The notes: a model not told the origin generated them from the sequence alone. Positions 27,284 to 37,273 are shown, numbered from the stretch's first letter. The stretch is 64,000 nt of DNA from an uncultured Gammaproteobacteria bacterium (GCA_964517685.1 CAZFCF010000001.1:345458-409457); one strand, 5' to 3'. Numbers and translations: made by a program.

Positions 27284-29506
27284 TTGTGTATTATAAAGAG
27301 GGACAAAAAACAACCAGTAAATACGATTATGAAATTTATAGACTTTAAAAATATATGGGTAAGGCTCGCAATTATAGTAATTATTGCGGCAATCACTTGG
27401 TCAAGTAGTATCACCAATGAATTCGTTGGTTACGATGACATCAAACTAATAATTCGTAACGAAAGAGTACAGAAAGATCTTGCTTATACTCTGAATTTTT
27501 ATTGGAATATAGTTTCAGATAGTCATAACGTAGCTTGGACAAATTACCCAACAGTAATTTATAGACCTCTAGAGTGGTTTGGTTCAGCAGTAGGTTACAA
27601 AATCTGGGGACCTAGATCTTGGGCATACCATTTATTTGTAAATTTTAGTTTCCACATTCTCAATTCAATATTACTGTTCTTTATTATTTCAAAGATATTT
27701 TATACACCGATCAAAGGCACTGAAGATCCAGCAATAGAGATTGTTTCAAGTCCAAAGGCTTTGACCAAAACTAAAGGTAAAAAAAGTAAAAGCTCTACCA
27801 AAACCTTTACTCAAAATACAAATAAATTAGAGAACTTACATAGAGTTTCTTGGTGGTTACCTTTTGTAATTATTCTACTTTGGGTAATACATCCTCTACA
27901 TAATGAGGCAGTAAATATGCTGACTTCTGGTGTTGGCTTCTTGTCAGCAACTCTATTCTGCCTGACCGGTTTTACTATTTTTCTCTATGTACAAGACCTT
28001 CATAAATTAAAGAATATTGGACTTTTAGTACTCGCAAGTGCTCTCATGTTTATTGGCTATCATGGTTCAGAAATGACTGTCATTGCCCCTTGGGTTTTAG
28101 TAGTAGTATTTGCTCGCTCGATCTTGGGCAGGGACATCAAAAGCTATAAGCATGAGCTTTTCAAGATTATTTTGGCATTTGCTTCATCTATTAGCTATCT
28201 TTCACATAGATCTTTTATTGTATCTGAAGATAAAGAATGGATGGCAGGTGGACTCAATAATTTCTTTGAAAGACTATTTGTAGTTGCACCAGAAATTTTA
28301 TTTCATTACGTTAAATTATTTTTCTTTCCTATCAAACTCACTGTAGATCAGCATCACAATGTAGTTTTAGAAAATGCTTACACACCTTACCATTTACTAT
28401 GCTTTGCAGTTGCTTTAGCTTTTGTTCTTGGCTTTTTTTATTTTATGTTTTTAAAAGAACCAGATTATGATTTGCACAATAAATTAATTGCTGGATCTAT
28501 CTTCTTTACTGGCTTTAGCATTGCAATTTCTCTGAACATTATTCCTCTCTATGTACTTGCAAGAGACAGATATACTTACTTTTTTTGTTTAGGTATGTAT
28601 TGTGTGATTTTTCTTATTGCTGATAAATATTGGTTTAGCAAAGATTCAATTAAAGAAAAATTATTTAACAACATAAATAATCTAAGAACTATTTTGATTA
28701 CAATACTTTGTATTTTAGTAGTTGCTTACGGAACTAGATCTTTTATAAAATCATTTGATTGGCGCAATGGTGAAGCTTTCTGGAGCTCTACGATTGACTC
28801 TGTAAGTGATCTTGGCAGTAAACAAAATTGGCGCTATAGATTATTGCAATATTATCAAGATCCAGGTACTACTACTTTTGTAGCAAATCAATTTATTAAA
28901 GAGAAAGCTCAAAAAGATTTCAATGAGTTTCCTTTTATTTACAACTTACTCAATAATCAAACTATTAATTTTTACCTCAAGGAGGCTGCAAACCCAGATC
29001 ATTATCTACTTAATAAATATTCTTACATTGGTAATAAAGCAATTGCTTCTGCATTATTCTTTAATGCAACTGAAGCTTTGACTACATCACAGTTTGACCT
29101 TGCAATGAATTTATTCAAAGCATCTCATTTATACTATCCTGAGCATTTCCAAACTAACTTGCAAATGCTTATTCATACTTATGGTCAGGATGAGAAATTT
29201 ACAAACTATCTATTAAGTAAAATGGAAAAGGATGCCTATAGTAATTCATTCTTAGCTAAAGGATTAATGGATGGACTGTTCTATATTAAACATCCTCGAA
29301 CTTACCAATATGCAAGGCTCTATGCACAACGCTTTCCAAACACACAAGTATTCAATGTCTATCTTTTCCATGCATCCTTAATGGTAAAAGATTATCCAAC
29401 AGCTTATGCTGCGGCAAAAGAAGTCACGAAGAAATACGTTGAACAAGATACTTTTAGTGACTTTATGAGACAGTATGAAGCGGCAAATGGGATTTCTAAG
29501 CCTTAA
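27284..29506 (+). CDS. Polytopic membrane protein with a C-terminal TPR-like region (PMT/ArnT-like glycosyltransferase fold plus TPR, TMTC-like).
   Basis: ~10 predicted TM helices in the N-terminal 450 aa, then a soluble helical-repeat C-terminus. The start may be the internal MKFIDFKN at ~27329. Confidence 0.45.
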   Translation: MCIIKRDKKQPVNTIMKFIDFKNIWVRLAIIVIIAAITWSSSITNEFVGYDDIKLIIRNERVQKDLAYTLNFYWNIVSDSHNVAWTNYPTVIYRPLEWFGSAVGYKIWGPRSWAYHLFVNFSFHILNSILLFFIISKIFYTPIKGTEDPAIEIVSSPKALTKTKGKKSKSSTKTFTQNTNKLENLHRVSWWLPFVIILLWVIHPLHNEAVNMLTSGVGFLSATLFCLTGFTIFLYVQDLHKLKNIGLLVLASALMFIGYHGSEMTVIAPWVLVVVFARSILGRDIKSYKHELFKIILAFASSISYLSHRSFIVSEDKEWMAGGLNNFFERLFVVAPEILFHYVKLFFFPIKLTVDQHHNVVLENAYTPYHLLCFAVALAFVLGFFYFMFLKEPDYDLHNKLIAGSIFFTGFSIAISLNIIPLYVLARDRYTYFFCLGMYCVIFLIADKYWFSKDSIKEKLFNNINNLRTILITILCILVVAYGTRSFIKSFDWRNGEAFWSSTIDSVSDLGSKQNWRYRLLQYYQDPGTTTFVANQFIKEKAQKDFNEFPFIYNLLNNQTINFYLKEAANPDHYLLNKYSYIGNKAIASALFFNATEALTTSQFDLAMNLFKASHLYYPEHFQTNLQMLIHTYGQDEKFTNYLLSKMEKDAYSNSFLAKGLMDGLFYIKHPRTYQYARLYAQRFPNTQVFNVYLFHASLMVKDYPTAYAAAKEVTKKYVEQDTFSDFMRQYEAANGISKP

Positions 29507-29567
29507 GGATCCAGAACTACTCAAAAGATATTGATATTTCACGAATCGATGAGTTATTATCTTCCAC

Positions 29568-30380
29568 ATGGCAACAAAAAACGCAGTAAATAACACAGGA
29601 ATAACTCCTTTAATAAATGTTATAGAGCAAGCTGCTAAAGAAGCTCATTCTAATCCTGTGGATTCGACTATTACTGATCCTAGTTCTTCTACTTCTGCTC
29701 CTTTTAATCAACTTTTTACCAAGAGTATTTCTATGGCTAATGAACTTCTTTCCTCTCCTTTCTCAAACGAGAGTAACATGACTGTAACAGAAAATATTGT
29801 TAATGGAATTACGGCACTTGGTTATAAAGCTGCGGGACAAATTTCTTCAGTACTAAACAATGTTAGCCTCACACTTGGAAACACAATAAGAAAAAAACTG
29901 CAAAACGAAGCAAGAGAAACTTTAATCACAACTCTTAACGATCCTAGTGTGCAAATTGACTGTAAACCAATATACAAGAAGGGTTCAATTCCAGTAAGTA
30001 AATTCTTTGGATATCCAATACAGAGAGTTCCCACAACTCTTACTCTTAAGACTCAAGATCAAAAAATGCGCACTTATACAATATGGCTTGAAATTGAAAA
30101 TCCAGAAACAGAAGGTATAATTAGTAATTGGTCAAACATAGAAAATATTCAACTATTAAAAGTAGAACAAGATTTGATTACGGATTCTTCTGGTTTAAAT
30201 GGAAATAACCTTAAACTTGAGATAGGGGTAGTTCCACCATCTCCACCGCCGCCGCCGCCAAAACCTGGCGAACGAACTCAATTATACTATCCAGACCCTT
30301 TTGATCAAGAACTTTTAGATTGCCTCAACAAAAAAGATATTTTGAATAAAGCTTGGAAAGCAGCTCTTGGCTATTCTTAA
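29568..30380 (+). CDS. Hypothetical proline-rich protein, 270 aa.
   Basis: Contains VVPPSPPPPPPKPGE. No TM segment. Ser/Thr/Asn-rich N-terminus. Confidence 0.45.
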   Translation: MATKNAVNNTGITPLINVIEQAAKEAHSNPVDSTITDPSSSTSAPFNQLFTKSISMANELLSSPFSNESNMTVTENIVNGITALGYKAAGQISSVLNNVSLTLGNTIRKKLQNEARETLITTLNDPSVQIDCKPIYKKGSIPVSKFFGYPIQRVPTTLTLKTQDQKMRTYTIWLEIENPETEGIISNWSNIENIQLLKVEQDLITDSSGLNGNNLKLEIGVVPPSPPPPPPKPGERTQLYYPDPFDQELLDCLNKKDILNKAWKAALGYS

Positions 30381-30525
30381 TAGCCAAATCGATATAGAAG
30401 AAGGCAAACACATAGAATCTAAGATCTCTCTACAAGGTTTGCTTGCCTCATAAAGAATCCTCATACTTATAAATAGCAGCCGGTCGTATATTGGCTTCTA
30501 GAGCTATAATCTCAGATTTATTTAA

Positions 30526-32004
30526 TTGACATTACGTCGCGATTCAGCTATTATCTCGAGGGTGCAGGTCAGATCACTATTCAAACCTTTTTACTATGCT
30601 CCAGACAGCGAAGCTACAAGTGGAGCTGGGGCAGAACCACCACCAGAAAGTAATTTTAATAAAAAGCTTGCAGCCAAAGTCAAACCTAACCCAAATCTGC
30701 AATTAAAGTTAGCAGTAATATCTTTCCGTCAAAAAACTTCTGCTTTGTATGAAGAAGCATTAGATCCTGACGACCCTGTGGGCACTTTATATAAAAAGAA
30801 TAAAACTAAAGTTGACCTAGAGCAATTAGCAGAAGAAGTAAAAAAACTTATTGAACAAGGTGCAGATCCTAATTTTCAAATCAAAGGAAGATTTTTACTG
30901 GGTTTTCTATGTGAAATTTACGATCACCTAAATTCCATATCTGATTTTGGTCCAGAAGCAAAATCACTTAACGATGTCTTTAAAGAATTAGTTATTAGCT
31001 TAGTAGAATCAGGAGCCAACTTAGCCAATATTGAGTGGAGATGGCGAGATCATGAATCATCCTATAATCCCATATTATCGATATTTAATCATTCCGAGGA
31101 TTTCAATAATTTAGAAAAGCTTCTATTAATTAACTCAACTGCTCAAAGTGTTTTAGATCAAACAACATTACTACATCAAGTCATTAAAATTTACTCACCA
31201 AGGGATAAAACATCTGATTACAACGATAAATTTGCAAAGATAGTTGAGGCAATGATTATGAATGGTGCAGATCCAGATTCAAGGAATGCAGATGGTGATT
31301 CAGCTAAAGATGCGGCTCTTGGACTTGATCACTGCTCCACTGCAATTAAAAAAGCTCTCGGTATACAAGATTGTCTACCTAATCTTTATGAACTTTATCA
31401 GAAAGGTGATTTTGATGATGAGCTCTTGGAAAGAAGTCATCCTGATGATCTTATTACTAATGATGTAAGTAACTCTGTAATTTATTTGATGACTAGTAAA
31501 GGAGATATAGAAAATTTAAAAAAAATTTTAAAGCCAGCTAAAATAAATTTTTCAAATAATCCAGAATTTTGGACTAGGATATTGCGCGAAGCATTGGACA
31601 CGTTACGTCCATCCTCTCGTGGTGAAAATGCAATAGAAGTAATAATGTTTTTTCTAAATAATGGAGTCAAACCAGATTACCTTATATCTAATCGCTTTTT
31701 TACTCTTATAACAGATATAAGGTTATTAGGTAGCATTAGACCATTACCACAAGAATTTTTAGATAAAATTATAGAAACATCTCGCTATTTAAGTGATATT
31801 AACCTTAAAGAACTACGTGAATTTATTGAAAAAAAATATCATTTAAGTAATGATAAAGCTCTTTTGAAAAAATTCCCAAGAGCTACACCTGAGAATATGG
31901 ACGAATTAAAAAGGTTATATAATCAATATATTGTAAATCCAGAGAAGCCTGAGAACTTAACGAACCTCAATATACACCTGCATTTTATTAAAAATAGAGA
32001 TTAA
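30526..32004 (+). CDS. Ankyrin-repeat protein, 492 aa.
   Basis: Several ANK-like units: LIEQGADPNFQIKGRFLLGFLCEI, LVESGANLANIE, MIMNGADPDSRNADGDSAKDAALG, FLNNGVKPDYL. Confidence 0.6.
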   Translation: MTLRRDSAIISRVQVRSLFKPFYYAPDSEATSGAGAEPPPESNFNKKLAAKVKPNPNLQLKLAVISFRQKTSALYEEALDPDDPVGTLYKKNKTKVDLEQLAEEVKKLIEQGADPNFQIKGRFLLGFLCEIYDHLNSISDFGPEAKSLNDVFKELVISLVESGANLANIEWRWRDHESSYNPILSIFNHSEDFNNLEKLLLINSTAQSVLDQTTLLHQVIKIYSPRDKTSDYNDKFAKIVEAMIMNGADPDSRNADGDSAKDAALGLDHCSTAIKKALGIQDCLPNLYELYQKGDFDDELLERSHPDDLITNDVSNSVIYLMTSKGDIENLKKILKPAKINFSNNPEFWTRILREALDTLRPSSRGENAIEVIMFFLNNGVKPDYLISNRFFTLITDIRLLGSIRPLPQEFLDKIIETSRYLSDINLKELREFIEKKYHLSNDKALLKKFPRATPENMDELKRLYNQYIVNPEKPENLTNLNIHLHFIKNRD

Positions 32005-32040
32005 AATTAAACCAGTCAATCAGAAGTTCTTAAGTAGACT

Positions 32041-32106
32041 GGATTGCCACGTCGGACTTCGTCCTCCTCGCAATGACATGGATCCTTACGCTTCGCTCAG
32101 GATGGT
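32041..32106. repeat. RPE-like element, right half, at the junction of the ankyrin-gene insertion.
   Basis: ggattgccacgtcggacttcgtcctcctcgcaatgacatggatccttacgcttcgctcaggatgg. The last 30 nt are identical to the ddl insert at 41133-41163. Confidence 0.7.
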
Positions 32107-32951
32107 AACTGATACTTATAAATAGCCGCCGGTCGTATATTGGCTTCCAGGACTATAATCTCTGACCCATCTTGTTTCATTAAGTCAATAGAAAAAATCT
32201 CAGGCATAATGATTTGGTTAGCCCAAGCGAACTCATCAATCACATTAACTATTTCAGCAATAAATTTCTTTTGAGCATCGCCCCAGTTTTCTTGGATATA
32301 TAAATCACCAAATATATAAAGTGCTTTGGTCTCTTTGGCATCCTTTATATATTCTTGTAAGAGACAATCATCATATTTTAAAATTTTGCTAATTGCTTCA
32401 TTGCCTACATTTAACTCTGTGACTGGGATTACTGCAAAGTCAATTTTTTCAGTTCCATGACGTGGCTTAACTGCGATAGATTGAAATTTAGATAGTTTAT
32501 TTTTTTCCTCATCACTAATAAATTTATGATTAGTATGAATGGTTAAAGTGAAAGGCTGTCTAATTTCATTTGCTGTCATTAAGGCATAAAACAAAAATTT
32601 ATCATCAAAGATTTTAGCTATTTTATTGTAGGGATTAACCTGATAGACTTCATGGTCAAATGCCCATTTGGAGATGGTTTTATGAAGGCTTATTTCTTCG
32701 TCCAAAGGTAGATGCACAGTATAAATATAAAAAGATTTAGGATCTAACTCTAAGAGCTTATTCAAATCATCATAATGACAAGTAAGAACTTCTTTAAAAT
32801 CTGTTTTTTCTTTTATAGCTTTTAGAGAAGATTCGAGTAATTTACCATCAAGACCATGTACTAAATATAGAGATAAATTTTTCTTAGAACCTCTAAATTT
32901 AAGCTCTCTACCCAAATTAAAATCTTCGAATTTATTAGCTAGACTTCTCAT
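32097..32951 (-). CDS. Hypothetical protein with weak ATP-grasp-like features.
   Basis: Weak ATP-grasp resemblance (KPRHGTEKIDFAVI, QEYI, LEANIRPA). Its last ~18 codons are duplicated at 30463-30516. Confidence 0.35.
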   Translation of the reverse strand: MRSLANKFEDFNLGRELKFRGSKKNLSLYLVHGLDGKLLESSLKAIKEKTDFKEVLTCHYDDLNKLLELDPKSFYIYTVHLPLDEEISLHKTISKWAFDHEVYQVNPYNKIAKIFDDKFLFYALMTANEIRQPFTLTIHTNHKFISDEEKNKLSKFQSIAVKPRHGTEKIDFAVIPVTELNVGNEAISKILKYDDCLLQEYIKDAKETKALYIFGDLYIQENWGDAQKKFIAEIVNVIDEFAWANQIIMPEIFSIDLMKQDGSEIIVLEANIRPAAIYKYQLPS

Positions 32952-33442
32952 AAATATGCTCTTGGGTTAATTGCCTTAGAGAAATTTTTACCATCTTCAT
33001 AGAACATAACCCTGATGCCTCTAAAGCCAATTTTAGCCTTGCCTCTATAGTTATTTTCATAAGCAACTAAACCTTTCTGGAAAAAATGACCTTGAACTTT
33101 AGCCTGGTTAACTTCTTTTACATAACTACCTCTTTGACCTAACTCAAACATTTTCAAAGCTCGGTTTTTAACTTCTTCTCTATTTAAATTTGGATTTGCA
33201 TGAGGTTGTGGATAAAGATGTTCCATCTTTACTTTGTCATTGAGGAAGAAAGCTTTAAGACGCCAGCTACTATCTAATGAATAAGTTACATAGCCAGTAA
33301 AGCCTAGCTTAGAAGGGAAGTCCTTAACTTCTACAGGCTGACCATACTGAGCTAGATTTTGCTCATAATTATTATTCAATTTTGCAGAGACTTTATTAAC
33401 ACTAAAGAATATTAATAAAGCTAAAGCTAATTTGTATTGCAT
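32948..33442 (-). CDS. Hypothetical secreted protein.
   Basis: Signal peptide MQYKLALALLIFFSVNKVSA. I start the CDS at internal Met 38 (33442). The longer 33553 start would overlap the divergent kinase gene. Confidence 0.4.
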   Translation of the reverse strand: MQYKLALALLIFFSVNKVSAKLNNNYEQNLAQYGQPVEVKDFPSKLGFTGYVTYSLDSSWRLKAFFLNDKVKMEHLYPQPHANPNLNREEVKNRALKMFELGQRGSYVKEVNQAKVQGHFFQKGLVAYENNYRGKAKIGFRGIRVMFYEDGKNFSKAINPRAYL

Positions 33443-33516
33443 AGAGTTAATTATATAGCAAATGAATGATTGAAGTTTGGAAGCAGTGCCAAAATGATTT
33501 AGAATTACTTTTCTAG

Positions 33517-34773
33517 ATGTCTGATTTGAAAATTGAAAATAGAACATACTCATGGAGCTGGTTTAGAAGCTTAGTTAAAATCATTAAAGATTACGATCAG
33601 GTGAATTTAATTGTAGAAAAAGTCCAAGAGTCGTTTATTGATTATTTAAATTATTATCGTGCAGAAATTTTTATCGTAGAGAATCCTGACAAAGAAGGTA
33701 ATGAAAAAAACTACGTAGATAAACTTGCTAGTTCATCTTTTTTTAGTAGAGAAGTTATAGAAGATATTTTCCTACATAAGAAGCCTTGTAGATTGGATGA
33801 CAAACAAGTTATTTTTCCATTAGAGACAGAGGATAGAATCTTAGGTTTAGTTTACGTTTATAGTAAAGAACAAATTAACCAAGAAGAATTTAATATGCTC
33901 TGGTCTTTTTGTGATCACTTAGCAACTAGAGTAAATGAATTACAAATGCCGACAAATTTAGATCCAGTTTCTAAAACTAAAATCAAAGAGATCTCCAATT
34001 CAATTTTCAATAACCTAAAAAGCTTTCTGGAAGCGTCTTTAGGACGATTAAAAGTACTGGAAGAACAGAATATTCAACTCGTAGAAGTTAACCGCACCAG
34101 AACAGAATTAATCAATAACGTTTCTCATGAATTAAGAACTCCGCTTGTAAGTATTATGGGCTTTTCAAATTTATTACAAAGACATGAAGCTAAGCCTGAA
34201 TTAATCAAAGAAGCCAGTGAACAAATTCAATCAGCTGGAAGCCGTCTCTCAAGGATGATTGATGACTTGATCCAACTCAACCGAGCTAGCACACGTGGCT
34301 GGGATATCAATTCAGAAAAATTAGATATTGGTGAGATTACAAAGTTTGTCATCAACACTCTTGCACCCCTAAACAAAGATCATAATTTTACAGTTAGCTA
34401 TATCAATGAATATCCGCTCATTAAAGCAGATAGAAAACTTTTAAGACAAGTTATAGAGAATCTCTTAATCAATGCCATTAAATATTCACCTTATGGTGGT
34501 GAAATTAATTGCTCAATAAAAATAGACGAAGGAAAAAAAGAATTAATTTTTGCAATTCGTGATAATGGCATAGGCATGACTAGAGAAGAACATGACAGGG
34601 TTTTTGAAAGATTTTATCGTGCGAAGAATCCTCAAACAGAAAATATTCCAGGCTTAGGCTTAGGTTTAAGTATCTGTAAGGATGTTATAGAAGCGCTCGA
34701 TGGTAAAATAAGCTGTGAATCAGAGTTTGGCACCGGTTCAATTTTTACTATTGTTTTTAATTATGGAAATTAA
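33517..34773 (+). CDS. Cytoplasmic sensor histidine kinase (GAF-like N-terminal domain, HisKA, HATPase_c).
   Basis: H-box NVSHELRTPLVSIMGFSNLL, N/G boxes IRDNGIGMTREEHDRVFERFYRA and GLGLGLSICKDV. No TM helix. Confidence 0.8.
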   Translation: MSDLKIENRTYSWSWFRSLVKIIKDYDQVNLIVEKVQESFIDYLNYYRAEIFIVENPDKEGNEKNYVDKLASSSFFSREVIEDIFLHKKPCRLDDKQVIFPLETEDRILGLVYVYSKEQINQEEFNMLWSFCDHLATRVNELQMPTNLDPVSKTKIKEISNSIFNNLKSFLEASLGRLKVLEEQNIQLVEVNRTRTELINNVSHELRTPLVSIMGFSNLLQRHEAKPELIKEASEQIQSAGSRLSRMIDDLIQLNRASTRGWDINSEKLDIGEITKFVINTLAPLNKDHNFTVSYINEYPLIKADRKLLRQVIENLLINAIKYSPYGGEINCSIKIDEGKKELIFAIRDNGIGMTREEHDRVFERFYRAKNPQTENIPGLGLGLSICKDVIEALDGKISCESEFGTGSIFTIVFNYGN

Positions 34774-35086
34774 AGAAATTACAGTTCAAGAACTTAAAGG
34801 CATGCAAGATAGTGGCAAAGACTATGTTCTTATAGACGTGCGTAATCCTGATGAATTTGATTATTGCAACTTGGGTGGCACTTTAATACCAATGTCACAA
34901 ATTGCTGAAAGGCTTACAGAGATTCCTAAAGACAAACTAGTAATCATTCATTGTCATCACGGCGGCAGAAGCCGCAAAGTAGTTCAATGGTTACAAGATG
35001 CTCAGGGATTTGATAACTTACATAATCTCTATGGCGGCATCCATGCGTGGTCCACTGAAATAGACACAAGTGTGCCTATGTATTGA
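34763..35086 (+). CDS. Rhodanese-domain sulfurtransferase.
   Basis: Active-site loop IIHCHHGGRSRK. Start taken as ATG at 34763, overlapping the kinase stop by 11 nt. Confidence 0.7.
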   Translation: MEIKEITVQELKGMQDSGKDYVLIDVRNPDEFDYCNLGGTLIPMSQIAERLTEIPKDKLVIIHCHHGGRSRKVVQWLQDAQGFDNLHNLYGGIHAWSTEIDTSVPMY

Positions 35087-35087
35087 A

Positions 35088-35355
35088 ATGAGTCTTAAAA
35101 GCATAATGTGATCTTCATATAGATTCGACTTCATTCCACTTGGAGCAAATCAAGCTTCTTTCTTCTCATCTCATATTACGATCAATATTACGCTTCTAAG
35201 ACTCATTATCAATATAGTTATCATTTCCAAGAGCCTCTCCGAAAAGCTCCCAGATGCTAGGCTTGCGAGTCCCCGAGGAGCCGGAGTTTACTTAGCGTAA
35301 ATGAGGACGACGAGGGGCGAGCGTAACAACGCAGATGGGACTTTGCGGAAGGCTC
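35088..35355. repeat. Composite palindromic element: an AT-rich hairpin followed by a GC-rich palindrome of a different family, intergenic.
   Basis: atgagtcttaaaagc (35088-35102) pairs with gcttctaagactcat (35192-35206). gagcctctccgaaaagctcccagatgc (35231-) pairs with gcagatgggactttgcggaaggctc (-35355). Confidence 0.55.
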
Positions 35356-36463
35356 AATACTCATTTGACTTAATAACTTTTAACCTGCTCAGCTCTACAT
35401 TGTAATCAATGACCGCGTTAATCGTAGCCAGTATCGGCAAAGCAAAAGCAATACCAATAATGCCTCCAACTTTCGCGCCGATGATCACAGCAAAGATTAT
35501 TGCTAAAGGATGTAGTCCTAAAGCATCACCCATTATTCTTGGAGCGATGAAGTTATCTCTCAGGAATTGTGTGTAGAGTAGATAAATTGCAAAGGCAATA
35601 ATTCCTTTACTCAATCCACTGGTCAAGCAAATGATTACTATACATGGAATAATTGCAGTCCAAGTTCCTATTACAGGAAAGACCTCTAACATCTGAGCAA
35701 AGGCAAACAATACAGCAAAAGGCACTTGCAAAAATAAATAAGTAACCAACATAACTGCAGAAGTCATAGTTGCAATTTGTACTTGTCCTGAGACAAAGGC
35801 ATTTAAACTACAATTTATTTTGACACGAATGGCCTGTAAATGCCTTGCAAGTCTGTCAGAGAATGGGGTTAAGAAGAGATGCCAAGCTCTATCTCCATCA
35901 ATTAACATATAAAAAGTCATTATTAAACTGAGAACTACGTAAAGAATAATGTTCACCGAGCTTGCAATTACCGTCATAAAAGTAGCTCCAGCATCAGCAA
36001 CATTTACTTGAGTTACAAAGCCAATTAAAGAATTTAAAATCTCTTCTTCACGCATATGTGAAAGAGGTAATTCAATTTGATAATTCTTCAGTAAAAATAA
36101 ATTCAAATTCAGCAAGAGCTGATAAATCTCTGTAACCAAGTTAGGCAAAGAGTTTCGTAACACTATAAACTGATCAACAATAGCAGGATAGCCAAAATAT
36201 ATTATGCAAACTAAAATCAAAACTGCAGCTGAGAATATTGATATAACAGCAAGTCCTCGTGATTTTATATGCCTTGCTAAAAAATTCACGGGTCTTGCAA
36301 GCATATAGTTAATTAGAATCGCAACAAAAAAACAAAAAACAATATCTTTAAATTGTTCGCCTATTTTTATTAGGACATAGCCAAGCGCAATCCATAACAA
36401 AACCAAAAGTAATCTATAAACTTGCTGTTTTAGAGAATTTATAGATTTATCATCAGGAATCAC
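35354..36463 (-). CDS. AI-2E family transporter (PerM/YdiK-like membrane protein).
   Basis: 369 aa, ~8 TM helices. Topology and size are typical of the AI-2E/UPF0118 family. Confidence 0.5.
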   Translation of the reverse strand: MIPDDKSINSLKQQVYRLLLVLLWIALGYVLIKIGEQFKDIVFCFFVAILINYMLARPVNFLARHIKSRGLAVISIFSAAVLILVCIIYFGYPAIVDQFIVLRNSLPNLVTEIYQLLLNLNLFLLKNYQIELPLSHMREEEILNSLIGFVTQVNVADAGATFMTVIASSVNIILYVVLSLIMTFYMLIDGDRAWHLFLTPFSDRLARHLQAIRVKINCSLNAFVSGQVQIATMTSAVMLVTYLFLQVPFAVLFAFAQMLEVFPVIGTWTAIIPCIVIICLTSGLSKGIIAFAIYLLYTQFLRDNFIAPRIMGDALGLHPLAIIFAVIIGAKVGGIIGIAFALPILATINAVIDYNVELSRLKVIKSNEY

Positions 36464-36545
36464 TTACTTATATTTAAAGATACCCTGCAAAGCTTGTCAA
36501 AAAATATACTTAATATATAATGAAAAACTGACGACCAAATCTTCC

Positions 36546-37271
36546 ATGGCAACAATAACCATCAAAAAAAATAAAAACGGCACCTTCTTAGACTTAAGTA
36601 AGGAGGACTTTTGTTCCCGTGATTTTTTTGCAGGATTTTCTGACTTTACAAATCAAGTATCAACATTCCTTTCTGGCACTTCAGTTTCTCTAATAGTTCC
36701 CAATGAATTAAAGAGAGAAGAGACTGAAAATTTAAATGTCATCAAACAACTTAAGGAAGAATTGAATAGAAGAAATATTTCTCTCAAGGCAATAGTCAGT
36801 GAGCTAGAGAATGCAAGCGTTGATGACGAGAGCGCTTTAAAGACTAAGGTAAAAAAAATTACTAAAGCTAAAAAAGAAAAAATAGAAGAACAAGTTTCAG
36901 AAAAAGAAATAATCGATACCAGTTCTTTACCTGAAACTTTATATATCAAAAATAATCTTCGCTCAGGTCAGCTCATTAAATATCCAGGAAATGTTTTTGT
37001 ACTTGGAGATGTAAATCCCTCTGCAGAAATTTTTGCTGATGGTGATGTAATCATTTGGGGTACTTTAAGAGGAATCGTTCACGCAGGCGTTGCTGGGGAT
37101 GCTAATGCCAAAGTGATTGCGATGGACATTAAAGCAGGTCAGATCAGAATTGCTAATAAATTAGCTTCATTAAACAAAAAAAGCTCTCAATTAAAATTTA
37201 ATAACGGAAATAAAATCCCATTAGTTGCAAAAATCGAGAATAATGAGATAATAATCACAAGGTATTTTTAA
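36546..37271 (+). CDS. minC: Septum site-determining protein MinC.
   Basis: C-terminal LRSGQLIKYPGNVFVLGDVNPSAEIFADGDVIIWGTLRGIVHAGVAGD beta-helix block. Followed by minD and minE. Confidence 0.8.
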   Translation: MATITIKKNKNGTFLDLSKEDFCSRDFFAGFSDFTNQVSTFLSGTSVSLIVPNELKREETENLNVIKQLKEELNRRNISLKAIVSELENASVDDESALKTKVKKITKAKKEKIEEQVSEKEIIDTSSLPETLYIKNNLRSGQLIKYPGNVFVLGDVNPSAEIFADGDVIIWGTLRGIVHAGVAGDANAKVIAMDIKAGQIRIANKLASLNKKSSQLKFNNGNKIPLVAKIENNEIIITRYF

Positions 37272-37273
37272 AT

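Noticed and set aside
32097-32951. Considered annotating this as a tubulin-tyrosine-ligase or RimK-type ATP-grasp enzyme.
   Set aside because: Only weak motif resemblance (KPRHGTEKIDFAV, LEANIRPA). Insufficient to name a subfamily. Kept as ATP-grasp-like with low confidence.
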